A stretch of DNA of 63,601 nt, counting the filler, from Klebsormidium nitens (lineage: Eukaryota; Plantae; Klebsormidiophyceae): assembly GCA_000708835.1 (NCBI GenBank). It is 8 parts of 8 records of this genome, joined end to end, with 100 filler letters (N's around TTAATTAATTAA, not from the genome) between each part and the next. Parts side by side here need not be neighbours in the genome. Positions count along the whole stretch, not along the records: positions 1 to 12,765 come from DF238007.1; positions 12,866 to 25,607 come from DF238085.1; 6 more parts are not named here. One strand, given 5' to 3'. The notes beneath the pieces are model-generated. The model saw only the letters and a program-made list of their open reading frames with translations, was not told the DNA's origin and made no database searches. The translations under genes and the position numbers were made by a program. Within the stretch, counting starts at the first letter, position 1. Every line of letters begins with the position of its first letter. Positions 1 to 13,249 of the stretch are shown here, piece after piece.

Positions 1-735
1 CTAAGCTCATCTTGCGCAACCAATAGGAATCGAGTATTTATTTATAAGATCATGTTACCGTTATAGGGGGAAACATGCAAATCATCGGAATAATCTGATC
101 AAGTCTATCCGTATATCTACGGCTATAAATGTCTAATAAAGATCCACGTGTTACAACATAAATCCAAAGCGACCAACACCGTCAAAAAGAGCGGCCCGGC
201 TTGTCCGCCTCCCTGGAAAACTCCAAATACGTCGCTCAAATTCGATTCAGCCCGCTGTGCAAGCACATCAAGCACTCAAGAGTCATGAGGTAGGGGCGTC
301 GCGCTGCCATGGCACCCTGATGCAGAACACTTCTGGAGGGAATCAGAATCTTTGCTTTTTGACTAATTCATCCTCATGTGGAGCTGTATTAGACTCTAGA
401 GCTGGGAGAACTGGGCGTAGCTGGCGTCGGCGTGAACCCGACATTGAAACATCTGTTATTGATATTGAAGGCGCACGTGCTTGGATTTTGAAGCAGCTCC
501 AGCAGCGCTTGGACTGGATTTGAGCATGTTGATAAGACGAAGGAAGAGTTGGTTTACAAGGTCAGACCTGTGGGATCACTACAGGAGCTGCGACTCCAAT
601 GAATATTGCTTGCTATTGCTTGCGCTGAACAAGCAGTGAAGTGTCAGGCGCTCTAAGGAAGGCTAAATTGCTCACCTACTCTTTGAATTAGGTTCTTATG
701 AAAGACATGAGCTTGTTCATGATAACTGAGCCACT

Positions 736-1779
736 GTGGGGATCACTATGATCCGGGGTACAGGAAAGCGGGGGCAGACTGAGATTCTCCAGTCCGAGAT
801 AGAGTTGGGACCCTTGAGCAAGGACTTCCTTGAGCAAAGTGCCCTGCTTCCAAGGCAAACATTCAAGGAGCAACCTTCAGTTGAGACAACGCCAAATGCG
901 CATCCCTTCCCAGCTCGTTTTTATACATACCTCTCAGTAGTTGGGCTACCTGTCGCCACCCTCATTGCAAGCTTCGCCTTCCTGGCCCTCATTTCAGACG
1001 GCAAAGTTTTGGAGTGTGTCCAAAATGTGGCTTCGAGAGCGCTCGAGAGGCCTCGTTATGTGAAGCGCGCCCCTCCACAACCGGGGGCCAGCTTTCTCGC
1101 CTGGGTGGTCACAGCCGCAGCTTGCAGCATTCTGGACGTATTCACACTAGCCCTCGACGCCTTCTTCCACCTCCAGAAGTATCCAATGGAAACGCGCCCT
1201 GTCTCAATGTTGTCGGTGGTTCATGAGATTCTTCTAGAGCGCCAGCTGGCAAAGTTGACCTACAAAACAATGACACCTGGCAGATTGCTTCTTTCCACAG
1301 TCTCTCTGGGAGCATCATGTATACTTCTGATCACTGCTACTTCCTTCGGTTACTGGGTTGGAGGAGGGAGCAAGACCGCTGTCGCTGCCCTTCTAGTAGC
1401 TTCTCTTACGCCCCTAGAAACTTCCAGCTCGTTGCTCGCATCAGCTTGCGCCAGCTCGTCACCTCTGCTACAGAAGCGATTCAGTCGTGGAGTTCTTCAG
1501 AGCTGCCTAGCTTTACTTCTGTTCATTATTGCAATCGGGATGGTCCATCTAGTTTCGGGGCCCTTGGTATGGGCGTTGGTAGACGGGCAAGGCTGGAGCT
1601 CGCTGCAAAACCTGGCGGTGAAAGTGGAGGTCGAGTGCGGTGCCGAGGAAGAGCCAAGTCAGACATATGACCTGCTTCAAGACGGGGTGATTCGATCAGG
1701 TGAGCCAGTTGACTTCTTCGTTGAAAGAGAGGGGTTTGCGAGGGAACCATGTCGCTTGTCTTGCATCTTTCAGAGATGA
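736..1779 (+). CDS. Putative multi-pass membrane protein, unknown family (347 aa)
   Basis: Long uninterrupted ORF with several hydrophobic segments (LSVVGLPVATLIASFAFLAL; FLAWVVTAAACSILDVF; LLLSTVSLGASCILLITATSF; CLALLLFIIAIGMVHLV). No family motif recognised; true start uncertain. Confidence 0.5.
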   Translation: MGITMIRGTGKRGQTEILQSEIELGPLSKDFLEQSALLPRQTFKEQPSVETTPNAHPFPARFYTYLSVVGLPVATLIASFAFLALISDGKVLECVQNVASRALERPRYVKRAPPQPGASFLAWVVTAAACSILDVFTLALDAFFHLQKYPMETRPVSMLSVVHEILLERQLAKLTYKTMTPGRLLLSTVSLGASCILLITATSFGYWVGGGSKTAVAALLVASLTPLETSSSLLASACASSSPLLQKRFSRGVLQSCLALLLFIIAIGMVHLVSGPLVWALVDGQGWSSLQNLAVKVEVECGAEEEPSQTYDLLQDGVIRSGEPVDFFVEREGFAREPCRLSCIFQR

Positions 1780-2345
1780 TTGCAAGTTGCGGGATGGGTC
1801 AGCCAAGAAGCCATCCGTAAGCATGGACTCACACAGGCAGATTTTGCAACAGATGCCTCGTTTCGAAGTTAAGCCTTTTCACTCAAACGGACGAACTCTT
1901 ACGTGGCGATTGTGAAGGGCACCGCTTTCCCTATCTCGGGTTTGACTTTCTGGCAAGAGTGATCAAGTGGGTCATTCCTAAAATTCCTGAACCCCGGCCA
2001 CGGCCTGCTAGCTGGATAGAATGAGCCCAATATTTGGGGGTGTCGGGTGGTTCTCTGCTTCCTGAAGTAAAGTCGACTCCAGTTTCAAATTTGTGCTTTC
2101 AAGTTTTCAGTCTTTTCCGATTGAAGCTGGCAAGATAACCAAACACACCAGTCCGCCCTTCTGGTGATCGTTCTGGACGCACAAGAGCTCGACAGCTGTC
2201 CTTTGATCATCTTACAACTTTCAAATTTTGCGTGCAACTTTGTATCCACCCCTGCTTTGGAAGACGAGTTTCGCCGCGGTGAGCAGTAGATTCAAGTCGT
2301 CACTCTTTCAGCACCCTCCATCCAGAGGCCTGAACTGTCCTGCAT

Positions 2346-2885
2346 ATGTCATCTTCTTCTCCTTTCCGAACCCTGTTCCGTGCTTCGTTTTCAGGCCCCT
2401 CGCACGACAGCAACGCCACAGAGCGCACTCCTTTCGAAACCGCACGCACCCCGGCCATTTTGCGTCTCGCTGGAGACGTTTTCTATGTGAACGCAGTTGA
2501 CTCTGCAGCGGACCTCGAGTTAGTTCCACAATGGACCGTTTACTCGGACGAGTTTTGGAACATCTTCCACGGCGGGGTGTCGCCCAATCTGCTCTCGTTT
2601 AAGGCTAGCTTCAGGCTGAGGAGGGGCGACCTGCTTGCGAGCATACACGTGCCTCAAGCACAGGAAGTCCACGTGGCGTTCGCTTATAAGACAGACGGGG
2701 CCTGGCAGAGCGCTGACGTCAGCCTGACGGGCGTCCACAGCAATTTACGCGTGCTGTGTCCGCAGGTCCTCATTGGAAGCCGGGAATATTCGACCCGGAC
2801 TTTTCCTACGAATCTGCGTGAGTTGAGGAGGTTAGAAATGAGCGTCGCTATGTTGGGGACTTACTGCCCAGCAGAAAGGACTTAA
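2346..2885 (+). CDS. Possible coding exon, unknown product
   Basis: 179-aa ORF whose 3' two-thirds reads like globular protein (ELVPQWTVYSDEFWNIFHGG...SIHVPQAQEVHVAFAYK); possible acceptor near 2486. No motif. Confidence 0.3.
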   Translation: MSSSSPFRTLFRASFSGPSHDSNATERTPFETARTPAILRLAGDVFYVNAVDSAADLELVPQWTVYSDEFWNIFHGGVSPNLLSFKASFRLRRGDLLASIHVPQAQEVHVAFAYKTDGAWQSADVSLTGVHSNLRVLCPQVLIGSREYSTRTFPTNLRELRRLEMSVAMLGTYCPAERT

Positions 2886-4831
2886 AATTAGATCGAAAGC
2901 TGGTCCGTCTTCTTATCAAGCTGCTGCAACGTTGCTCCAGTCAGTAGACGCCACGTCCGTTAGCATATACGTCTCTCCGAATCAGTTAAATACTTGTCGC
3001 CGACTCGAATGGCCTTGGCAGCTGCCCTTTATAAGCTCGAGGATCTATGCGACCATTGCATGGCCGTATGAATAATATTGAATAGTGACCAGCGTGTCAA
3101 TACAACGTGCCACGGTGGCCGCCGGTCCCTGCCTGAATCGGATTTGGACTGTCTTGGAGACAAGCTTCTGCTGCGCTAATGCGCGCGCAATGATCGGATA
3201 TCAATGCATGGTACTAATCTATCTCGGTGCATGACTGTGCATAACGGTGACTCATGGCGCTAAGTAGAATGCATTGAATCCGCGCGGCCCCGCCCATGGG
3301 CGGCCGGCTCATGGGATATATGCATGCACGCGTGCGGCCATCAATAGGGCCGTACTTGGCAACACAGTTTGCTTTGGATTTCATCAATCAATGATACAGC
3401 ATGCACTTGAACTGTTTGATCAACTTAAGCTACAACCGGTCGATCTGTCGGAAGCGGAGGCGGCATCATCTGAGTGCGTTACTCTCAGGTTGCAGAGGTT
3501 GCCGACAATCTCAATGATCAAAACGGATTGGAAAAGTTGTATACTAGTATCACGAAAGCCTGTCCAAGCATGGGCTTTGCACTGAGTCCTTCGCGTACTG
3601 ACTGCAAAGCAGCGCGATTGGACGATGTGTCGCAAAGCGATAATGAGGCGCCTGTTTATAACATAACTTAGCTCCAGAAGAGTATGGCAGTAGATACAAG
3701 AACATGGCTTAGACCGATATGGGGGGTGGTCGGCCGGTCCGACACGAATGCATGATTGGGCGGCATGAAGTTCCATTAACGGACCGGCCCAGATTGGCAT
3801 TCCATATCGGTTGTGGAGGTGCTCAGTCGAACGCGCGCGTTCATTTCAGGAATTAAAGGACTCAGGCTCGGCGACTGGAAGCGACCTTATCAGAGGAATA
3901 TGCACGGTACGTGCGTACGAGGACGTGCCGAAAACGTGCACGAAGGTTTACTCACTCTTCGTACGTAACCTTGGACGTTAAACCCTCTGATTCAGATTCT
4001 GCAACCAAAACAATACTTCAGGAACGACCGAAAGACGTAATGAACAGCAGCAAGAATCTTGGAAAAACAAGGCTTCAGGAACGCGTCAATCTGCGTACGT
4101 CGCCCTAGATCGTAGTATTCTTCAAACGCCTGCAAACGCATTCCTCTCCTAGCTGGGAAAGAATATCAGTACCCCGATCCCTCCGAAAAGATCTGCATGA
4201 CGTGTCACCATCATTGGCAACTCCCAAGACTGTTGATCAAACGAAAGCGGCCTTGAACGTCGCTGCAGAACTCGTGCTGACGTCAGGTCTTCGGGCAACG
4301 GACGGCACGCGTAAATATATCAGCGGCACTTGGTCGGCTTGCTGATGTCACTGCGGAGGCCTCCGTGCACGCCCGTTGTGGCGAGAGTTCTTGATGCGAC
4401 AAACTTGTAAACGACGAGGCCATCAACGAAAGAGGCGAGCTTGGTCTGCCCGCAGCGGCGATCCGAGAATGGCGCAGTCGAAGTCAATCCGAGGACAAGA
4501 ACGCCGCAGAAGAGAGCTCGCTTCTACACTTTAGAACAACGGTGGACGGAATGCTTGCGTGAATCTCGAAAAATGTTAAACGCTGTTCCAGAAGGCTGAT
4601 CCAACAGATCCCACCGACCCATTAACTTGGTCGCAGGTTTGCAGTGAGGTCTGATCGAAAGGGCACTTTAATACGGCCCCTACCACCCATAATCTTAATT
4701 CGTTTCATCACTTCTCAACGTTACTTCTTTCATTCAGCAAAAATCATTTGAGCTCTTCACGCCGCAAGTAAAGTTGAAGGGCGCCACCCGCTCAGGAGGT
4801 TTCTACCGGAGGCCGTTGCTCGGCTGCGGAG

Positions 4832-7800
4832 ATGGCGCTCACGTCATCGTCCCTTGTGTTCGTCTGCATCATCATGCTGGCTGCGCCTAACGCCAAGGTG
4901 AGAAGGAGCTGACGCGTAGAAAGTTCAGCTCTTTTGGGAAGTCCCGACCATTCTTTTCCAGGAAGATCCTTCTCGTCGATCAGCCAGGCTTGAAGTCTCC
5001 CGCATCAACCTTGACCTCTCAATTCTGCGCTTGCTTGCTCTCTGAGAAGTGGGTGTTCAGAATTGTCCTGAATGAAAGAGACACGTTTTCTCTCCCATGC
5101 TAGGTGTTCACGTCCGCTCCTGGGCAAGACTTCCGCTCAAGTGGGCGGAATAACCGTGGCGGAATGGTCACCATGCCGCAGCGCCAGTTGCTGCAGACCG
5201 GTGAGTCGACTGTGGTCTCACCTGACTGTGCAATCCAGATGAAGGCAAGACCGAACTGCGCACTTTCAGTTAGCAAGTGAGGTCAGTGTTCAACGCCGAC
5301 TTCAATCTCAGTGGTCTCGATCTTTGATCTCCAGAGTTTGTTTCAACTGATCTTCGATACGGCATTTCAGTACCATTGTTTCCCCGGTGCAAGTAATATG
5401 TATGTTGAAGCTTCTCTGCTCGTTCGCTACCAATTAAGCTGATGCTTCCAAGCACTAAACACTTGGGCGGAAGCTTACACAGGGAGATATTGACAGTTTG
5501 TCCAGACACTAGCCCTGGTTAGTCATTGATCTGTTATAAGCCCTTGAAGAAGTCCAGTTCAGTGCCCGGACTGGACGTTACAGCGTCCCAAATTCAGGAA
5601 GTGGTTCATTTTGACACCGGTTGTGAAGGCTTCCTTTACTTCAGCGGACACCCGTGTCCGCTTATACCCAGGTTAAGGTCACATTAGTCTGCTCCACGCC
5701 CCGTAATCTGAAACATGACGACGGCGGAGAGTCCTTAATCAAGTGAACTAATCGGGGCCTTCTGTCATTTATTTTCCGTATTTCGATTTACTGGGGCCGT
5801 CTGTCATTCCTTTCGCATATCGCAGAACCCGTCCGCCAGATCCGGAAAGGGGTGCTTGCCGGAGGTTGACGTCCACGTTTTTGTCATTCGCTTTTTTCAG
5901 CTGGTGGGATAACATCCACATGCCCTGTCATCGACTTGAGCGAGAATTCCTTAGGGCAAGTGGGGTGTACTTACATTCTTGCGGATGCTTCCAATGGAGC
6001 GATTGGAGCGCTCCTGACTTGTTACTACGGTACAAACGGGTACCTCATGAATTCTACGATCGAGGTTCGACCACCACTGGGAACGTCCGGGGCTCAAAAT
6101 ACAGCTATGAGCATAACCTCCTCCTCGTGCCCAAGTAAGCAAAAGAATTAACATTTACCTTGACGTTACCTGTTTACCTCTTTGTCAACTTATCGCTCAT
6201 CTCGAACGTGGACTCGAAGACTGAGTTCGCCGATCAGAAGTTACAGCTTTTAAGAGGGGCAGTTTCGAGGATGTGTTAAGTCGAAGGAACCGAAGTATCT
6301 GGATGCCCTTTTGTAGTTTTGCTGCAGCTCCAATAGTGCGCATCTAGTCCCCTCGGCGCCCTTAATTGCTAACGTGCACGATGACGTCCGAAAACCTTCT
6401 AACCGTCCAAAATTTGACTGTGTACCAGATTGAAGTTGCTCTTTTGTACCCTATCTTTCTGAAAGCCGCAAGGATATATCGACAGCCTTTCAATGTACCT
6501 TCGACCCTCCCAAATTTGTGAGATTTCTCGCTTGACTATATCGAACTCCAGTGTCATGGCATGCATATCCCTGGCATATCCTGAACCATTGCAAGGCAAG
6601 TGCATCATGTACAATCTCAAGATTGTCTAACAACCCTGGATAATGAAAGAGCACGGCGCGTTCCGCACCCTTTTCCTCCCTGGCCTCCGACGCTGATCCC
6701 GACTTTCTCTGGCTCTGGAGAGTCTGTGTTCCAGATGCTTGTCTTTCTAATTGAAGCGTGGCTGCGTACCTCCTCGTTGCAGGACAAACGCAGGCTCAGA
6801 ACTTGTGCCCCCTCCCAACGTTCCTCGGAGATTTGATTGGCTTTCTGCAAATGAACATTCCCGGCGCCACGTCCATCAGATATCAGTCCTTCGGCTTCGT
6901 GTGCTTCCACAACGATCAGTCGGGAAGGACCCGAGGGATTTGCTCTTACAACCAAGACGGCTCTCTTGCATCTTCCTATCCAACCGGCCCCGTCGTACAG
7001 CGGGTGTGCTGGTAAGCGATAGTTACCATCTGGGTGAAACGCTTCAGCTATGCATGCGGATGGAGTGTCCTTGAACATGAGGGTAATGTTCGAAGGTTCA
7101 CCGAAATCTGTCGGTGTCTTCTTTGCTGCTGACGTACATCTTGAGAATCCGTTTTAATGCCGCCTGATTGTTAGTCTCTTGTAAGAAGACGGATACCTGA
7201 GTAACTAGGAGGGGCACCTTCACGTACCAACAGGTAACCGACCATTTTCCCCTGTGAAAAGTTCCAGAGAGCATTCAAGCCTAAAGTGGCCTAAAGTTCA
7301 GTACCTAAAGTGCGGCAAGTATCGGTTCGCGGAAAGTGGCACAGAAAAGTGAAAAGACCATGCTCACTGGAAAAAGCACTTAAAGCAATATGCGGTAACC
7401 TATTGACCTGTCAGCTGGCCGAGCAAAAGGGCGGAAGCGATTGAGTGAACCGCACTAAGGTTAGTGTCAACTTATGGGCGCTGGTTTGAAGAACAGATTT
7501 CTTTTCACATAGTCAACTCTACGTTTCTGCAAGAGAGGGGGAAGTACAGGGGTAAAAGACTGTCGACAACTCAAAGTGGGCCATGGGACGTCTCTTTCTC
7601 CGCATCCAACGCTACCCTCTTCTTTATACTAATGGTTACACTGTCGAACTTGTGCAGCAAATGCTGCTATGCCGGGTCGACCGACTCTTACTCCACCAGG
7701 TGAGCCAACCATATTCAGACCGCTTCACTCAAAACTCACGGTCCTAATGCAGGGTTCAGGTCGTTAACTTCTACATTTCAGAGAGCTAGACGTTCATGGC

Positions 7801-10800
7801 AACTACGACATTATTTTACCTAAGGACCCCATGACGCAGCCTGGTTATCACAAATGAACCTTTGCGGAAGACAGGGTTAGATTTACTAAGCTTCGTCAAG
7901 TTGCAGAAAGGTTCTTGTGTGCATTACGTCTGAGGTGAGAGCTGGGCGCATATTTGTGAAGATCGTAACGTAGGTCGTGTTTTAGCTCCATACTGCACTT
8001 CGAGTATGCCAGGAACGCACTCAGATGAGCTTGCTAGGGCGGAGTCTTGAATCGATGTTGAAATCGTGAAAGGGCATTCGATTTTTACTCAGAAAGATTG
8101 GGGCGCGAAAACGTATGGAATAAGTGTTCAGGTACTATGCCTTGTCTTGATTACGGCGGCGTATTGCGGCCTCATCAGTGCGGGTCGAAACGAACGTACG
8201 CAATTGACCACGAACTTGTCGGTGTGGAGATTCGTTGAATCGATCATGTGGAATCGATGTTGAGCTCAGGAAAGGGCAATCGTTTTTTTCATGGCTTCCG
8301 ACGTCTTTGAGGGGTAACCTGAGTTTGCTAAGTTTGCTTACTTCGCTTGTTTGTATTAGGTAGATGCCATGCTCGCAAGAACGGACGCCAACCCGAATGT
8401 CTCCCTTTAGAAACCGTCCTTAAGCAGCCCCATTTCCTTGTTTGACCACAGAGAGACGTCCCTAAAACGACAAGAGCGCTCCGCAGCACGTTTGGCTGCG
8501 TGGCTCCCAACTTGATCCCGCAGACATAGTTAGTAACAAGTCCTTGTCGCTTATCACCACGCTTTGTTGACTATCATTTGTTTCTTCAGCTGAGCAAAAG
8601 CAATTAATCTCTAGCGAAAGTAAGGTTCTACACTAAAACTGAAGAACGTAGCCCACAAGTCACCTGCTCCGCACCTGTACCTGTCCTAAACCCCCAGATT
8701 AACCCCACCCGTCCCAGGCTGGTCAGCGTACTTTTGCTGAATCAAAGCTTCGTTCTTATCATCCGCTTTGCAGGTGCAGGAGATCCCACATGCAACGCGA
8801 CAGACCTGGTGTCGAACCCAATAGGGCAGGCGACGTGTATTTACGATTTTGCGCCTGGCAACACAAGCATCGTCGGGCGCGCCGTTTGTACCTACAATCC
8901 AACCGGTGTCCTGGCAACGGGCGCGGTTATTGCGTACAACAGTAATTACACAAGGGAAGTTCCGGCTCGTTCGCGTGCCCAAGTGAGCGATGCCGAGCTT
9001 TGCACTTTCGATGTATTGAATTTTAACTCAAGGGTCGTCTTTCCGCCTTTGTTTTACTAGCTCCAGCAATAGCGTGATGCCTTTAGGCTGACAATCTGTG
9101 GCAGCTAGCTTACCAAAAGTTTAGATTTCCCCTTTTTCTGAAACCTGTGCTTGCAAATTTATGTCCCTACAAGCCGTAGCAAGTGAAGGCAGCCGTCGGG
9201 AATGTGCGACTGATGTTGCTAACAACCTTCCTTCAAACCTAAAAGGGAAGTTCTCGTCAGCGTGACGTCCGATTTAGCTCTACTCTACTTACTCCAGTCG
9301 GGGCCAGGAGCCTTATGCGCAGCCTTAACTTGTTCAGAGGCCTGAATCTTTACAAAATGAGCTGCTCTGCTACTCAAGGTTTACCCTATACGAGTTGATT
9401 CAGGAATTGTACTCGACATCGTAACATTTCATTTGAGTCAAACCCAACGGGTGTGACCACTGGTTTGCACTGGTTCTGCGTTGTTGTGAGTGATTACGGA
9501 CCGTTCTAATCTCAATATGGGCAACTCGTTGATCCTGAAGTACCTGAAAGTCAGGATTGCGACGTATACATTTGAAAGAGCTGCCCACGGCTCTTTGACC
9601 AGAATTCTGTATCCATCTTGCACTAAATTGATTGTTGTTTCCCAAACCCACCACAACGGTTTACGCTAAACGACTCCGTCCTTTTGGTGTCGAGTGGTTG
9701 CCGAACGGCTAGTAGGCCAATAGTATCAGTAAAACCGATGGGCCGCTCAGTGTAAGGTTAGTATCAAGGTTTCTGGATGCATTATCTCCAATCGAAACGA
9801 CTCACCGAATAGGATGATTTGGAATGTTGCATAATTAAGGTCACCATCGACCATAAAGATTGACCTTCAATCGCCTGTGCATTTGTAGTGATTATTTCCA
9901 GCTCCTTAATGCAGGGAGTACAGCTAAGCCCCTTTCCTGCGCCGCTGCGTTTGACCGGCGGGTGGACGTCCTCAGTCTTGCATGCGTCTACAACACTTCG
10001 ACTTCGGCCGGGCTCTCTCAAGGAAGCTGGTATTACGATCCAAACAGGAATTATATTCTGACTCCACCTAGTGCCTACATAACCGGCGCAGACCCCAACT
10101 GCCCTCGTGAGCGTTCAAACCAGCCTTTATGAAATTAGCGTCCAAATATGTTATCCCGTACTCCTAGTTGAAGTGGCGTGCTAAGATGAGAAGATGAACA
10201 CGGTTCCATGATATTGCTGACACATATGCACATGTACAAAGTGTCGGCTTCTACCACGGTTGATTCGAATACCCTTGGAGCCGTGGATCCATCCGGCGCT
10301 TAGCGCTTTCAGTGACGCAGTAGACCGGTCGAAGTTACTCGATTACGGAGTCGATCATCCTAGCCTCTTCAGTACAGCGGCAGATGGACAACGTTTTGCG
10401 AAGCGGGTTGAACTTCGACCGCGATGTTTTCTCGAGTCAAATCGAAGGGAACTAGATCAGAGAGGAGCATCCAGGAAAGCGGGACACACAAACATGCAAC
10501 CTTGGTTAGCGAGACTTTCTCTGTGGCCAATGGAGCGGGCTTCAATTGATTTAGGTAGTAGAACTCGAGAGAACTTAGACCTGCTACTTGTGAAACGACT
10601 GCAACCATGGAAAGAGCAAAATTAGGCTCTTCAAATTCATACCGTCTTACTTGTCTCGTTGGTCTAATGTCGAAGCCGCCTGCTTTGCTAACTTTCAGTA
10701 TGCTTTCGGAACTTAACTGTGCAGCGAACGCGATTTTTGTGAGCTCAAGTACGCCTGCGCTTGTTACCCCGACGCCGACGTCACCAACTCAGACAAGTGA

Positions 10801-11986
10801 GGCAAATCAAGTTAGACCCGCTTTGTTGATTGTTATTGTACGTCGAGTCAGACGCGCAAGAATACCCGGATTCAATGCCTTATAATTGGGTCTGGCCGCC
10901 TGATGCCTATCCGCGGAGCAAATAGATCCCGTTGACAGTACCATGCTTTTGGGAAGTCATGGAAAGACACGGTCCGCAGAATAGAATTGAGGAGGGGGCC
11001 TGGTTGTGACTGGTCCCGGAGCTTTGAGGCATTCTTGTTACTTTGAGACATTTCCGTTCAAACTTTAGCTGGTCAGCGCCTTCAATGCTTCTTAAAATAA
11101 GCATGCTGAACACACTTTCAAAATCTCCGTTTTTCGTTCGGGATGCTGTCTTCGCAGCTGCCAACCCTTTCCCCCAGTCTCAAGAAGAGCAACTTGCTTC
11201 GAAACACGTCGGAACGTGCGGCATAGACTCGCCTCGTTACGACTTTTGTGTGAAGCGTTTGACAAGTGTGTTAGAAGTATTTGCGCACTGCCACTCGGGC
11301 CACACTGGCGCCAGTGTGGCCCGAGTGAAAGTGCGCAAATACTTCTAACAAAGTGTAGGTCAAAAAGTCGTCTCTCGCTTTCAAAACCAAAAGCGCCGGT
11401 CCAACAATTTTCGGAACAAGCGAGTTGTCTCTGGTTGACTAAGTAGCAAAAGCAGTGGCCTCCCGTTGTAAGTAACTCTGCACGTTCGCCGTGTGTAGCT
11501 GCCATCGGCGGAGTCCCGGCTCCTTCCCTGCCCACTCCGACGCCCACTCCCAAACCAATTGCGGGTGAGCCACGGCGTTTTGAAAATCCGCCCCCTTGAT
11601 CCGCCGTTGAGGATCATGATTTGTGACACTGTGGAGTAGATTGGTCTGTTTCTAGGACATGGGCATAAAATGTATGATTTGGACTCAGGCTGCGCCACCC
11701 GATAGATCTCGACGAGACAAAGAAAGACACATTTGACGAACGGGAAGTTTCGAGGGGTTTCCCAGCTGCCCTATTGCTTTCGATTGTCGAGGAAGGAATC
11801 ATTGCAACAATGGAGCCGAAAGCTTGTAACCGGTGCCCTTCTAAATCAGCAAAGCATGCAAAACTGGTGACTGGCCGCTTTCTTCCTGTAACATCAACCA
11901 GATGTGCAAGTGCTTCGTTTCGCGTCCCTTGGATTCGTACGACGCCTAAAGCTCTCAGTGGTCACACCGCTTCTACCATTACGTGA
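4832..11986 (+). CDS. Multi-exon secreted precursor: signal peptide, R-Q-L-L-Q propeptide, four Cys-rich exon modules, Pro/Thr-rich tail
   Basis: Exons with GT-AG ends: 4832-4897 (MALTSSSLVFVCIIMLAAPNAK), 5104-5200 (...QRQLLQT), 5901-6134, 6783-7011, 7658-7699, 8774-8982, 9915-10106, 10725-10796 and 11499-11564 (PT-rich). Phase-1 introns throughout after exon 2. Two 1-nt offsets fall at homopolymers (CCCC near 6988, GGG near 8953). The 3' end is unresolved. Confidence 0.65.
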
Positions 11987-12765
11987 CGAAAATGTAAGTG
12001 TATTGGCAAACTTGATGATAGTCGAATTAAGAGCGAAGGCTCGTGTGTAGAAGTAGCTCTGAAATCCTTGCGCAATCTTTGCGCAATCTGCTGAGTCTCT
12101 TCAACCCGACGACCCCTAGCTGTTTTTCTCCTCGCTTGACCTGACGCAATACTGATCTGCAGGGTAAAGAATCGGCATGGTTTTGTGCAGCACGTAAAGC
12201 CACACTGTTTGAGACCGCGTCTCCGGGCCGCCGCTTTCTTTAGAGACTTGATTGTGGAAAACCTGTATAGACGTTTCTCTACGCTAATGTGTTACGCCCT
12301 CGGTCAGGATTGTGAAAATAAGGGTCGATTGACGTCGTAAATAATGTGTGGCGTGAGCAAATACGTTGAAAAGTAGGAGTGGGCAGTTTCAGGCCCGAAG
12401 AATAAAAAGCCGGACATGAGTTTCTGTCCAGCCTTTTCGTAGGCCTAACCAAAAACAATCCAATGGTGCATCAGTATAGCTTATCAACACGTTGTCCTGA
12501 TGGACCAGTAGAAAGCCCGACCTCGCGGTTGATCTGTTGAATACACTTCTTCTGTTCTCATTTGTGGACTTGTTTCCTGCCAATATTCCGATGGACTGCC
12601 CATGATTCCCGTTCTGATCACACATGCACATCGACAACGTTGGATAGGAGTGACCAATTGGGACTCTCATATGGGCTTTGCTCGAAAGGATTTAGAACAT
12701 GAAGCTAAGCACACGATGAATGCGTTTCACGTACGCTTCTCCAAACCGAGCTCGGAGGCCGAGGC

Positions 12766-12865
12766 NNNNNNNNNNNNNNNNNNNNNNNNNNNNNNNNNNN
12801 NNNNNNNNNTTAATTAATTAANNNNNNNNNNNNNNNNNNNNNNNNNNNNNNNNNNNNNNNNNNNN
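12766..12865. other. Assembly gap with artificial TTAATTAATTAA linker (same at 25608, 38468, 45362, 52812, 59144, 61251)
   Basis: Identical 100-nt N padding with a central all-frame-stop linker; plain N gaps at 32583-32908 and 42829-43050. Confidence 0.95.
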
Positions 12866-13195
12866 GACCGGAGCGAGCCGTGCTATTCGGGGAACGTCCA
12901 CGAGGGCTCGCGCGACATCCTCGTCATCGCCAATCCGGAGCGCAACGCGGTCTTTGCAAAGTGCGACAGCGCGCGCATGGATGTGGGGACGGGCTTGTGC
13001 TGCAAGGAGCTGCCCGCTCGGTACCTGGGTCCGTTCTACGTGGACATCGAGACTTGGAAGGACGGGGCGGTCGAGGTGAACATGCGGTACCTGGAGCGGA
13101 AGCCGCTGGCTGCGGCGCCCATGGACCTGCAGCAGATTCGCAGCGGGGCCCGAGGCCTGACGGACATGGTCGTGTTCAACGAGCGTTATGAACAA
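12866..13195 (+). CDS. 5'-truncated exon encoding a PrimPol/UL52-type C-H-C-C zinc-finger linker, probably upstream part of the 14500-16599 helicase gene
   Basis: Open frame from the contig edge: CYSGNVHEGSRDILVIANPERNAVFAKCDSARMDVGTGLCCKELPARYLG...VFNERYEQ followed by GTGAGT. The C-x5-H...C...C...LG pattern matches the linker in the 19777 primase-helicase. Confidence 0.6.
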
Positions 13196-13249
13196 GTGAG
13201 TGTCAGAGCTCATTTAGACCCTACTTAAAGCTCCAGCTCTTTGCTTGAG

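Noticed and set aside
12810-12821. Recurrent TTAATTAATTAA palindrome at seven sites
   Set aside because: Always centred in identical 100-nt N padding; an artificial scaffold linker. ORFs starting or ending at these gaps are artefacts.
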